The notes beneath the pieces are model-generated. The model ran no database searches, was not told where the DNA came from, and saw nothing but the letters and a program-made list of their open reading frames with translations. A DNA stretch of 64,000 nucleotides from Fistulifera solaris (taxonomy: Eukaryota), in contig AP026123.1 of the NCBI GenBank assembly GCA_030295235.1, forward strand, positions 2,604,001 to 2,668,000, given 5' to 3'. Shown piece by piece: positions 10,573-22,879 of the stretch. Position 1 is the first letter of the stretch. Every line of letters begins with the position of its first letter. The position numbers and the translations under genes are program-made.

Positions 10573-12149
10573 ATGATTGTAGTCAGGGCCAAGGCAAGGA
10601 AAAGCTCGATGCTGTCGACTGGCGTACTTCTTCTCTTCTCCCTGAGCGGCTTCAGCGTCTTTTGGATGAACCGTAAACTCGCTGCGTTTCAAGCAGAACC
10701 TTTTGGGAGCGTGATGTTCTGCATTACGAGCATGTTTGGTGAACGCAGCCAAGACAGGGACATTTCGACGATACCGTTCGCTTTTGTCGATCGTCCGCAT
10801 GAAGAAATGACCCATGGGACATTGGATATCGAAATGGATAATCTACCATTCATTGCTACCGTCCGCGAGTATTCGACGGGCAACAAGCCCACAACCAACG
10901 AGGAAACACCGAACTTTTACGATATGCTCGACATGTTCGATTGTTTACCGACAGGAAATGAATGCTTTGAGTGTCTAAATACAGATGCGATAGAAAGAGG
11001 TGGCACTTGTCAGCAATGTCAAGCCCAATGCCCATGCTTTTGTCAAGCACTTTGTAAAGTGAGACCGCCGCCCAAACCTTTGGCCGCTGAATGGAAAGTG
11101 ACCCGACCAAGTGCCTCGAAAGAAGCTGATAGAATAATTCCCCGTATCATTCATCAGACATGGTTTGAACCGATCACAAAAGAAAAGTATCCCAAAATGT
11201 CATTAATGACAGATTCGTTCCGACAATCGGGTTGGCAATACGAATTCTATGACGACGATCGCGCAGCACAGTTTCTGCAAACTCATTTCCCTCCCGCCGT
11301 CTTCGAAGCCTACGACGCCCTCTTGCCCGGAGCATTCAAGGCAGATCTCTTTCGTTATTGTGTCTTGCTGATCATGGGTGGTCTCTATGCCGATATGGAT
11401 ATCTTGTTAGAGAGTAATCTCGACAAACTGATTCCGCCTTCGGTGGGATTCATGACACCGGAAGATGTACCTGGTATGACGATTGGTCATGCGCATTGTT
11501 TGTGGAATGGATTCTTGGCAGCAGCACCGGGGCATCCCTTTCTGGCGCAAGCAATCCAAAACGTAGTAAATCACGCTCGGAACCGCTACACATCAGTGGA
11601 TTACGATGACATGCTGTGTCCGAATCCAGTCTTGACAATTCCCCATCGTAGTGTAAGTAGCATAAGTCGCGCGCAGGAATCGTCGATACGTTAGCTGAAA
11701 GCAATCATCTCACCCTTTGTCTCATTATGTTGATGCTTATCGCTTCAGGATGTTCTGTTTACAGCGGGGCCTTGTATTTTGGGAGCCAGTGTCAACGATG
11801 TATTGAAGAGGCACCGTCAGACATCCTTTTACCCGGTGATATCGAAGTATTTCCCCCGCATGGTAATGACATTACCGGAAATGATCTTTCGGATGACCCA
11901 CGCTCGTTGATTCCGGGCCGATCAGTCATTTTAAAACGAGATTGGATCGACAGATATCCTCATCGATTTATTTGGGAGGAAATGAACATGGTGGCGGCTC
12001 TCACTAACATTCCAGACTATGACGACCGGCCCAAATCGGTTGGACATTACGGAGATACGCACGAAGTCTTCAAGGTATATGGCTTGAGCGGAATCTACAA
12101 GGATACGCTTCGAGCCAATGTGGATATTGCAATCCATGTGGTGATTTGA
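10573..12149 (+). CDS. GT32/OCH1-like DXD glycosyltransferase, copy 1; intron 11653-11748; apparent frameshift at 11827-11830
   Basis: N-terminal TM anchor, Cys-rich stem, IPRIIHQTW, GAFKADLFRYCVLLIMGGLYADMD. Intron position is shared with both paralogs. Confidence 0.9.
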
Positions 12150-12514
12150 TCGACATTCTTGCGAGTAAGGTTAGGGGAAATTGAATTGTCCTACCATACG
12201 ACTATACGTAAGCGAAGACTGCGTTCAAATGTGGTACTCGTACACTAAAATTAAAATGTAGTGAAATTGTCTCTGAATTTTGAATTACTAGGTAATTTAC
12301 TACGGTACGGAGTACCAGTACGTAATTGTGCGGAGTTTTTTTTCAAATTATTATTCAAAAGAAAGATGTCGGATGTCGGTCTTAGAAAGGGCGGAAATTG
12401 AAGCATACCTGGTATACACCCCATAGGCAGTTATAAGGTCGTCGCGCATTCCTATAGATCCATCTCAAAAACGCAAACGCTCACTAAAAGATAAAAGACA
12501 TCGAGTGTTGACTT

Positions 12515-14308
12515 ATGCGTAGTATCCGCAATGCGCAAGACAAGGAGAAGAGACGATGCAACCACGTAACAATTTTACGGGCGATCATTTTCGCATTAAT
12601 TGTTGCGAGCGGATTCAGGATTCTCGGAAGCATTCAGTTGTTCCTTTTCGTAATTACAACGAGCCGTACGAATGGTTATTCGTCAACCATAACAACGACG
12701 CCTCTGTTGCGTAATTTTGAATCTCCGCCAATTATTGAATTTCCTCCGAATTCTCAATCCGAACAGCATAATGATAGCAAAAGGTATCACGGCGAAATTA
12801 TTCAGCCGCCTACTACTGTGATCGCTACACGATCTAACAATCTACCCTTCGCCTTTGCTGATCGAAAGCAACACGAAATGACTAGTGCTACTTTCGGGAT
12901 GAATATCGAGAATTTATCATTCATTGCTACTGTCCGCGAGTATTCGACAGGCAACAAACCCACAACAAACGAAGAAACACCGAATTTTTATGATATGCTT
13001 GACATGTTTGATTGTTTGCCCTCCGAGGCGTGCATGACATGTCTGGCAGCCGAAGACGAAGTACAAGGTGGAAACTGTGAACTCTGTCAAGGACATTGTT
13101 CTTGCTATTGTAAATCACTTTGTCTAGTACGACCACCGCCCAAACCATTGGTGGCTGAATGGAGAGTCGAAAGACCAACCTCTTTCCAGGACCCTGATCG
13201 ACACATCCCCCGAATCATTCATCAAACTTGGTTCGAACCAATCACAAGAGAGAAATATCCCAAAATGTCACAGCTCGTTCAATCGTTCCATCAGGCGGGA
13301 TGGCAATACGAATTCTATGATGATAATCGGGCCTCTCAGTTCTTAAAAGCACATTTCCCTCCTGCCGTCCGCGAAGCTTACGATGCGCTCCTACCGGGCG
13401 CGTACAAAGCCGACTTGTTTCGTTATTGTGTATTGTTGATCATGGGAGGAGTCTATGCCGATGTTGATGTGCTTTTGGAATGTAATTTAGATGAACTGAT
13501 ACCACCTTCGGTGGGATTCATGGCGCCGCAAGATACACCGGGCACGGAATCGGGCCAACGATATTGTTTGTGGAATGGATTTCTGGCAGCTGCTCCAGCA
13601 CACCCTTTTTTGGCGCAGGCAATCCAGAACGTAGTGAATCACGTTCGAAACCGCTACACATCGATTGATTACGACGACATGCTGTGTCCGAATCCGGACT
13701 TTTCTGTATCGCATACTTGGGTACGTGTTTCGCGCTGCTCCTTTGCCGCCTTTGTTCATACACTCATAATCACAAAATCGTCGATTGCTTCTCTTAAGGA
13801 TACTCTGCTTACTTCTGGACCTTGCATCTTGGGAGCAAGTGTCAACGATGTGCTCGGCTTGCACCGCCAAACCGGCTTTGAGCCCGGTGATATTGCACAA
13901 ATTTCAAATCGTGACGTGGGACATTCTGACGGCGCAGATCATACACAAATGATGAATGTTTCTCCAGATGATGCCCGTTCGTTGATTCCGGGTCGATCAA
14001 TAATTTTGAAACAAGATAGGAAACTAAATCACTGGCACAGGTTTGTCTGGGAAGAAATGGATTTGGTGGCTATATCCACTGACTTGCCCGAGTATGAAGA
14101 TCGACCCAAGTCGTTAGTCCATTATAGTGAGACGCATCAGAAGTTTGAAGTGTACGGCTTAGAGGGGGTTTACAGAAATTCATTGCGATCGAATGAGGAG
14201 ATAACGATTTCGGTTTGCATTGCTGGTGAATTGGCGGTGTCAAAGGCTAACACTGACTCGGATTCATCGTTGCAGCTCAACCACAAACATCCAGAGATTC
14301 GAGAATAG
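12515..14308 (+). CDS. GT32/OCH1-like DXD glycosyltransferase, copy 2; in-frame 78-nt intron 13721-13798
   Basis: IPRIIHQTW...GAYKADLFRY...GGVYADVD. GTACGT...TAAG intron at the same site as the paralogs. Confidence 0.9.
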   Translation: MRSIRNAQDKEKRRCNHVTILRAIIFALIVASGFRILGSIQLFLFVITTSRTNGYSSTITTTPLLRNFESPPIIEFPPNSQSEQHNDSKRYHGEIIQPPTTVIATRSNNLPFAFADRKQHEMTSATFGMNIENLSFIATVREYSTGNKPTTNEETPNFYDMLDMFDCLPSEACMTCLAAEDEVQGGNCELCQGHCSCYCKSLCLVRPPPKPLVAEWRVERPTSFQDPDRHIPRIIHQTWFEPITREKYPKMSQLVQSFHQAGWQYEFYDDNRASQFLKAHFPPAVREAYDALLPGAYKADLFRYCVLLIMGGVYADVDVLLECNLDELIPPSVGFMAPQDTPGTESGQRYCLWNGFLAAAPAHPFLAQAIQNVVNHVRNRYTSIDYDDMLCPNPDFSVSHTWVRVSRCSFAAFVHTLIITKSSIASLKDTLLTSGPCILGASVNDVLGLHRQTGFEPGDIAQISNRDVGHSDGADHTQMMNVSPDDARSLIPGRSIILKQDRKLNHWHRFVWEEMDLVAISTDLPEYEDRPKSLVHYSETHQKFEVYGLEGVYRNSLRSNEEITISVCIAGELAVSKANTDSDSSLQLNHKHPEIRE

Positions 14309-15074
14309 ACAAACAATGAGCCGTTCCTGCTATAAACAGGTTGTAAGTAACTGCTGTTCACGGTGTTGTTCGGGCGTTAAATGTAATGGTTGGCTGCCTC
14401 GTTAGGGAATCCATTTGACCTAATTCAGTCCTCCAGCAATTCCATCAGAAACCATAGTATCAACACACATAGTTAAATGAAAATGGCTTAGCAGATGTTC
14501 ATCGATAATAATACTTGTAAGTTTTTAGCCTTTGACAAGTGCGTTATTGCATAAAGAAATAAAGCTTTCCGGGACTACAAGATTGAGAGGATATCCGGGA
14601 ATGAATACATCTAAATCTAACGCCATCTAATCCTCAACCATTTCCATCAATCATTAATGCATTATTTACTCAATAAATAATGCGCTTTGTTTGCGTAAAT
14701 TGACAATACTTTATAGGGAATTGCTTCGCCGAACGCAAAAATGAACGTCGTCGTTCCGTGACTGGAATGCAATTTGAGTCTGACTTGAGCATTAAAAAAT
14801 AAAGGCCTTAGTTTCGGGAGATGTTGTTTCGAGTAATGATGCACTTTTCTTCGATATCGAAATCGGAACCGTTTTACGACAATGTACACCATAGTCGATC
14901 GTAAGTTCAACGTTTTTCAGCTTGCGCCGCAGTCGGCATTTTGCAACACACAACAATTTGAAAAAAAACATTATCGGAAAAGAGGACAGGTGCCTTTCAA
15001 TGCATACCTGGTAGTGTGCAAAAGCTCGTTTCTCACTCTGTGATTTTGTCGTGTCTGCATGATCGTAAAGAAAA

Positions 15075-16710
15075 ATGATCACATTCAAGGCTAAGGCAAG
15101 GAGAAGTACGATACTGTCAATCGCACTAACCATACTTTTATTAACTTGCGGCTTGGGTGTGATCTGGATGAACAGAAATTTGGCTGTTTTTCTTGTAGGC
15201 CCGCTTGATACCGAAATAGTTGGCATTACGAACATGCGTGATGGGCACCGCCACGACAGGGATGCAATAACATCGGATGATCTACCGTTTGCTTTGTCCG
15301 ATCAACCGAATAACACTATGGCAAACGCTCATTTGCATATGACGATACATGATTTACCGTTCATTTCAACTGTTCGAGAGTATTCGACAGGAAATACACC
15401 CGCAACAGATTCGGAAGCACCCAATTTTTACGATATGCTACGCTCATTTGATTGTTTACCATCAGGAAAATCATGTTTTAAATGTCTAAAATCAGGAGAG
15501 ATACGGAAAGGTGGCAGTTGTGAGCGTTGTCAAGCGCAATGTCCGTGTTTCTGTCGAACGCTTTGTCAAATACGACCGCCACCAAAACCTTTAGTAGCTA
15601 TATGGAAAGTAACTCGACCCCGCGCCTCAAAGGAGCCAGATCGACACATTCCTCAAATCATTCATCAAACATGGTTTGAGCCTATTACCAGAGAAAAATA
15701 TCCTAAAATGTCATTAATGACCGAGTCGTTCCGACAATCGGGTTGGCAATACGAATTCTATGACGACGATCGCGCAGCACAGTTTCTGCAAACTCATTTT
15801 CCTCCCGCTGTCATTGAAGCCTACGACGCCCTCTTGCCCGGAGCATTCAAAGCAGATCTCTTTCGCTATTGTGTTTTGCTGATCATGGGTGGTCTCTATG
15901 CCGATACGGATGTCATCTTGGAGAGTAATCTCGACAAGCTGATTCCGCCTTCGGTGGGATTCATGACACCGGAAGATATACCGGGTATGACAGTCGGTCA
16001 CGCGCATTGTTTGTGGAATGGATTTTTGGCAGCTGCCCCCGGGCATCCGTTCCTGGCGCAAACCATCCAAAATGTAGTGAATCATATTCGGAATCGATAT
16101 ACATCTATTGATTACGATGATATGTTGTGCCCGAACCCAGTGCTGACGGTGTCGCATCTCAAGGTACGTATGCACTCGCAATGGGAGGTGCTTGTGCAAT
16201 GGTATTGCTGCTGCTGAAAACAAAACGTCATATCTTTTGCTCAATAATCTCATTACTTTCACTTTTTGGCAGGATGTTTTGTTTACAGCGGGGCCCTGCA
16301 TTTTGGGAGCCAGTGTCAACGACGTCCTTCAATTGCATCGCCAGACGACCTTCGTACCCGGTGATATCGAAATCTTTCCGAGACAAAGCAACCACAATGG
16401 CAAGGAGCAACCCGAAAGCGGCCTTCATCAACACAGCTTCAACGAGACTTCAAGTGATCCTCGTTTACTGATCCCGGGCCGATCCATCATTTTAAAAAGA
16501 GATTTCATAGACAGATTTCCCCATCGATTTATATGGGAAGAAAAAAACATGGTGGCGGCTGTCACTAACATTCCAGATTATAACGATCGACCCGAAACGT
16601 TGGCACATTACGGAAAGCTCCATGACGATTTTGGGATTTATGGTTTGAACGGACTCTACAAGGACACGAATCGGGCCAATGAGGAAATTATGATAGAGAT
16701 TGTGCCCTGA
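15075..16710 (+). CDS. GT32/OCH1-like DXD glycosyltransferase, copy 3; intron 16164-16272
   Basis: IPQIIHQTW...KADLFRY...GGLYADTD. GT..AG intron joins the exons in frame. Confidence 0.9.
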
Positions 16711-18132
16711 AGACCTACACGGCAGTTTTCGTTTTCCCATGAAGAGACCATAGTCAGCGGCGATGCTGTAACAACTGATGAGAACAACGACATCGTAAAA
16801 GGCGGACAGGAATATCGGGGTTGTTCCCGGAAGTGGGACTTTCGTTGTACATTCCACTTTGAGACCCTCGCAAACCTTGAAGAGGGTCCTTTTCCCATGT
16901 TGACCAACAAAAAATGCACGAAATGGTACAAATTGTTCGCCTTCAAAGCTGAAGGAAACTCCGACGCACCAGCTCACACTTCAAGCTGTTCGACTTCAGA
17001 CAATCACACGGCGTGCGATGACATGACCGAAGTCGTGAGCCGTCATCTAGTACCAGTGAACTGTACTGGTTTACATGGAAGCGTTGACTTTCATTGTGAA
17101 ACCGATCCCTCGTCTCCCAATGCGATCGAACATCCGCAAAAAAGACCGCTTCATAGCGGCCATCGATTTGCTGAATATGAGAAAGGCTTCGAATCTCCCT
17201 AATAAGAAGCGGGGTCTCTAGTAAGGAGCATGCCGACTTTATATGCAATCCAATGCAAACGGTAACGCACATTCAAAATTGTGGGGAATGCTGTAGAATG
17301 CGTTTGGTGTTAGTATTGTCTTTTGCGCACACAAGGATACACCGATTATTCCACTTTGTGGTTATCCTTTGTGATCAGCGCTCCACTTGGTCAGGCGGTT
17401 TTGTGAAGATCGAAAAGAAGCAAGCTGCCCACATAAGATTCTTCACTCGCAAGTAAGGGGAAATTAGAATGCCTACTTTTACCGTTTGGATTTTTGAAAA
17501 CTCTGCATCCTTTTCGAGTCCGCAACAGTAACCATTACGGTTGCCCGTTCTTTCTGAGGGAGAAAAAAAGAAAGAGCTTCGTGCTCTCGATAGTCTAGCC
17601 TTTTGCTGTTCGAAATCAAAAGTAAAAACACAAAATTCGCGGAGAGATGATAACTGCAGCTTATTTCACTTCTTGAACGATGAACTTGTGCTTCCTTACT
17701 GCACAACAATCGCTCCAAAGAAAGACGTGTAATGCGCTAATAATTTTAAAATATAAGAAAAATAACACGGTTTCATGACTGACTTGCAGTCTTGGTTGAG
17801 TTCCTCCGAAATTCTTTGGCGATAGACAAGTTTCCGTTGGGAATAGTGGAGCTATCAACCGAACTAGCGATTATCCGTTCCAATAGCATAAAATCGTTTT
17901 CTATGTGCGTTTTATTTTTTCTGTAATCATAAACCCTGTATGCTTCTCTGTATATTGTAAAGTGTAGAAAGAAAGTGATCCGCCCACGCAACTGGCTCTC
18001 TAGAAAAAACGACAAAAAAGCCAAAAGATAATAGGAAAGCTACGAAAGAATTGGAAAACAATACAAGTAGTAAACTTGTCAAGGCATTGTTGAGCTTCTC
18101 CTTTGTGTTTCTACGTCTGTCTCATCAGCAGC

Positions 18133-20030
18133 ATGTCTAATCCAAAAGAAGGAGACGAGGCTCCGTATTTATCTTACTCGGAGAGCCATCTGTCGGATGA
18201 ATATCACCAAACACTGACGAAATGGCAACATGTTCGACTCGCTTTCAAGGCATTCCGTCTTCTTTCGTCACCTTACTTTGCTCGATCGGATGCACGACGT
18301 CTGTTTCTGCTGTTAGTCACACTCATGCTCATGAGCAGTGCCGTACGGGTCATTTTTAGTTATATTTCGCGCGATTACTGGAGTGCCTTGTCGGGTCGTG
18401 ATGAAGAACAATTTTATCACATTGTGCGTAATTTTTGTGTCGCCTTGGTCGTTCTGGCACCACTCAATGTCTTGTATCGATATCAACGAGAACGATTGGC
18501 ATTGCAATGGCGTGAATGGATGACAGAACGAATGTTGAAATTGTATGCAACAAATCGAGTGTATTATACATTGGAAGCGGATCCAAAGGATCAATCCAAA
18601 GTGGATAATCCGGATCAACGTATCTGTGAGGATGTTCGAAGTTTCACACATTTCAGTTTGACATTCTTCTTGACCCTGGCGATATCGATTATTGATTTGG
18701 TGGCCTTTTCGGTCATTCTTTACACCATTCAGCCCATGTTGTTTGTGTCCATTATCTCCTTCGCGACCGTCGGTTCGGTGGGCGTGGCTGTCATTGGACA
18801 ACAATTGATGCGTCTCAATGTAGAACGGTTGCAAAAGAAGCCGATTTGCGTTTCTCGCTCGTAAGAGTGCGCGAAAACGCCGAATCGATTGCGTTCTATT
18901 CGGGCGAACCGATGGAACAACAACAAATATTGAACCGATTGGATCAAGTGGTGGACAACAAGAACGATATCATTGTGACCAAACGGAATTTGGACTTTCT
19001 TACCACACTTTATAACTACGTGACATGGACGTTGCCGCTTTTACTGTTGGCACCAGCGTATTTTGGAGGAGTCATCGAGTTGGGTGTGATGCAACAAGCC
19101 GCAGTGGCATTCGGTCATGTGCTGGAAGACTTGTCTTTTATTGTGTGGGAGTTTGATAGTCTGGCGGAATTTTCCGCTTCCATTCGTCGTCTTTACCAGT
19201 TTTTGCAAGCGATACAGAAAGCAGATCCGGATCGTGATGAACACTCGCCGTTGCTGGGTGATGACATGTACAATGAAAAAGACGGACTGATTCTGCCAAC
19301 GGTTGCTAAACGCGGCCCATCGGTGCTAAGTACCATTCAATTGACTCCCAGCTTACATGCCGTCATGCCGCTGACCATTCGGAATCTCAGCGTGTCGACT
19401 CCTGACTATACTCGAACGCTAGTCAAGAATCTTTCACTGTCTGTCAACGATGGAGATCATGTTTTAATTTGTGGACCATCGGGAGCCGGAAAGAGCAGTT
19501 TAGTTCGCAGCATTGCTGGTTTGTGGACGGCAGGTTCCGGTTTTATTGAACGAACTTCGGATGTTTGCTTCCTGCCCCAGAAGCCATACTGTCCAGTGGC
19601 ATCCTTACGCAATCAACTTTTGTATCCTCACAACAGTGAGAATCAAAGCGATAAAGCCTTTGTTCAGTCCGATGAACAGCTTATAGCTATCATGAAACAA
19701 GTCAACATTCTGGGAATAGCCGAACAGGCCGGAAATGGGAACGTGGAAGCTGGATTAGATGCTGTTTTGGATTGGTCAAACCGGTTGTCATTGGGGGAAC
19801 AACAACGGTTGGCGTTTGGTCGCGTCTTGCTCCATCGACCCAGGCTTCTTATCTTGGATGAATCTACTTCCGCTATGGACGTCCAATCCGAACGTCAAAT
19901 GTACGATCTTTTGAGAGAATGGAAGGTCTCGTACATTAGCGTTGGTCACCGTCCGACTCTGATTGAGTTCCATGATATTCGACTGGAAATACGAGGGATG
20001 GGGGAATTCTCGATTGTTCGAATAGAATAG
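18133..20030 (+). CDS. ABC transporter subfamily D half-transporter; apparent frameshift at 18833-18836
   Basis: VDNPDQRI, (EAD)LRFSLVRVRENAESIAFY (EAA motif), Walker A GPSGAGKSS, FLPQKPY, LSLGEQQRLAF, LILDESTSAMD, ISVGHR. Confidence 0.93.
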
Positions 20031-20139
20031 TTTCTACGTGCACTTTAAGAAATTCAGAGCGGAACGTAGCTTCAAGAGAGTGATCATAGATACATTCATA
20101 GAGTTACATTATTGTTCTGTTCCAACTTCGCCCAACTGT

Positions 20140-21977
20140 TTATTCTTCATCGAGAATATTCATGTGATGTTTTGGAATAAACCCACTACGATCCATAGCG
20201 AAACGAAGAGGAGCCAGCATCGCGATGACAATAGGAAAGAAGACACCTGCCGGACTTTCTTTCACCCAAATCATGGCAGCCAAACACGCCAACTGCACCA
20301 CAGTTAACTTCCGAACAGAGGATTGGGGGACCACGCCGGTCCATCGCTCCTTGACTGCTGTCGCCTTTTCCTTGAACAAACCCTTAAAGCGCTCCCAGAA
20401 CTCGTTTCCAGGGAGCGACGAAGCGCCCAAGTATAGAAAGAGGCCCATCAACGCAGGTTTGGGAATCAGCGCCAGCCATTGACGGGGTTGCTTCAAAAGA
20501 ACACAACATCCAATACCAGCATGTATCAGTGCCCCGGTAAAACGTTGCTCAATGGTACCGACCACCTTTCCATCATTGTCGTACTTAGCACACGCTTTCA
20601 CGTGCGACACGGAACGAACAGTAGCTGCGACCAGCCACGGTAAACCGAAAATAGACTGCAACGCCGTCAACAAGCTAATCACTAGCATGTCGGCATGCAT
20701 ACCGTCTAACACATTACCGGGACGCCTTCCTTTTGTCATGTTGTATTTGTTGTTATTCACCAAACGAACTGTATACAATTGTGTGAGCGAAAGAGAGATC
20801 AAGCTTCACCTTATTCTTACGCCGTTCCTCGACACATACCTGTGATATTCTGATCCAAGAACAATAGTACTGTCGCCATCAGAGCCGGTAAAAACGACGC
20901 CCAACGAGCCCACACTGGCAAGTCCAACAACGGAATCAACCAGGGTCGTCCTGTGGTTGTCCCGAATTGCGACGGAATGGCCAACGCTGGCAATGTGACT
21001 CCGTGGGCGACACGGGCTGCACGTGCCAGCCAAGCTGCTACTACCACTCCAATGGTCGGCGCGAAATTGGAAATCGTATTGCGAATGGGCTTGTTAAAAT
21101 AGGCGGTACGACGCAAACCTTGCAAGCGTGTCGAAATCGTATACGTGGTGGAAGCACACACTAGAGTTAAAAGCGCTTGCACCAAAGGAGCCGACGAAAA
21201 GGTTCCCGCAATATTGGAGCACGCTTCGAACAAGAAAATGACACTGATCAAGACAGAAAAGATCTCGTCCGTGAAGCGCGTCAAATACTATTATTTTGAA
21301 TGTGAGACTTGCACTCAAAATCACTTGAGTAAACAATTTCCCAACGGTACACATACCTTGACCAAGTTCGAAGCAGAAGTCATGGCCGAAACAAAGAGAA
21401 TAGCCGAAGTCCACAATCCTGTCCAAGCATAGAGGGGCAAGAACGGCAACTTGTACATGTCGGCCATTTGCGCTAAACAAGCCACAAAAGCCAAAACGGG
21501 CCCTGTACCTCCGATAATCGTCATGGGCTGTGCCGCTGTGAGAGCGAAAAGAACTCCAGACACAGCAGTACTCGTGATCATTTCGACCGTTCCTATAGCA
21601 CTATTGGAAGCCACGGCATAAAGCCCTCCGAAACCCACGGCAGGCGCCAAGCAAGCAAAGAACATGAAGAATGTTGCAGCCAAGCATGGCAGTTGGAAAC
21701 CATCCGTCAAGTCAGACTTCCAGTACGGTAAGCGCGCCGCAAAATCACGTCGAACCCCGCGACCCAACTCTTCTAAAAGCGGTTCCTTGATAGGAACAGA
21801 AGATGACTCTGGGAGAGAAATTGCATCTACAGGTATTTGTGCCTTCTCCGCGGTCGAATACAAGCGTGTCTGAAAGGGAGAGCGGTTCAGTCGAACCGAA
21901 TACAGGCGAGAGGCTGATTGGAATGCCTTGCAGTACCCCACAACAAGTATAAGTCCTCCTAAAGTTAATGGTTTCAT
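20140..21977 (-). CDS. SLC4: SLC4 (HCO3-/borate transporter family) membrane protein, likely plastid-targeted; introns 21288-21356 and 20769-20839
   Basis: FFACLAPAVGFGG, QPMTIIGGTGP, TRFTDEIFSVLISVIF, LLFLDQNIT, GLPWLVAATVRS, EQRFTG, GLFLYLG. Signal peptide YCKA-F. No large cytosolic N-domain. Confidence 0.92.
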
Positions 21978-22879
21978 GCTGTCGATTCTCTTTGCTACTG
22001 TCTGCGCCTTGTTTTATGGAAAAGAGTGCGTTGGTTTTTGAAACGAAAGGCGAAGAAGAAAAGAAAAGAAAAAACGTGTGCACTTGCGAAAGCGAGACGT
22101 TTTGACATGCGCAATCCGAACTCGTCTTTCTTTGGGCCCGTAGTTCAACGTGACGCCAATCCAGATGGGCAAACTACGAAAGAAGAAATTTAAACGCAAT
22201 GACAGCTGTGACCACATCAGAAGTCTGAAACTTCCTTCTGTTTACACGTCACTATAAGTTCAAACGACTGTCGACGACATCATCTGATCAAGTTCCACGT
22301 ACCATTCTATCGAAATGAACATTTACTATAGGATAAAGAGAGAACGGGACAGATTTCCGACAAAAAAAATTGAAACGAAAGCTCTAGAGCAAGGAGGTTG
22401 AGCGTTGAGCTACAGGCATCGCCGACTAAATTCATGAATGTGAAGTCATCGATTTTTAAATACCTCTGACAGGATGATTGATTAAGCTGGAGCTAACGTG
22501 TGCGGAGTAAAACTTATCAGGCGCATCAAGGCATTTCACTTGATAGTCTTTTCTTTCTCTTATCTTTGTTTCGGGCTACTACATTTTTTTCCTTCAAACT
22601 AGGGCGTTGTGGTAATGCTGGTTTGCAATCTGTCGTCGCGTTCAATATAGAAGTGTTATACAATCCATGATACAGCGCTACGATGGGGTTCGGTTGAAGG
22701 AAAACATCCAAAATGTATTCAACAAACATTAAATTGATTTTTAAATTGCGTATGCTGTATATATGGTAATAATATGAGAGGGCAAAACACATCCCTCTTC
22801 CCTCCAATGATATAATTTGAAAACTGTCACATGGTACGCGTGTATTCTATTTCTTTGCTTCTAAAAAGTCGTGTACCTG

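Noticed and set aside
16730..17460. ORFs of 100-160 aa on both strands after glycosyltransferase copy 3
   Set aside because: No recognisable domain or clear start; coding strand cannot be determined.
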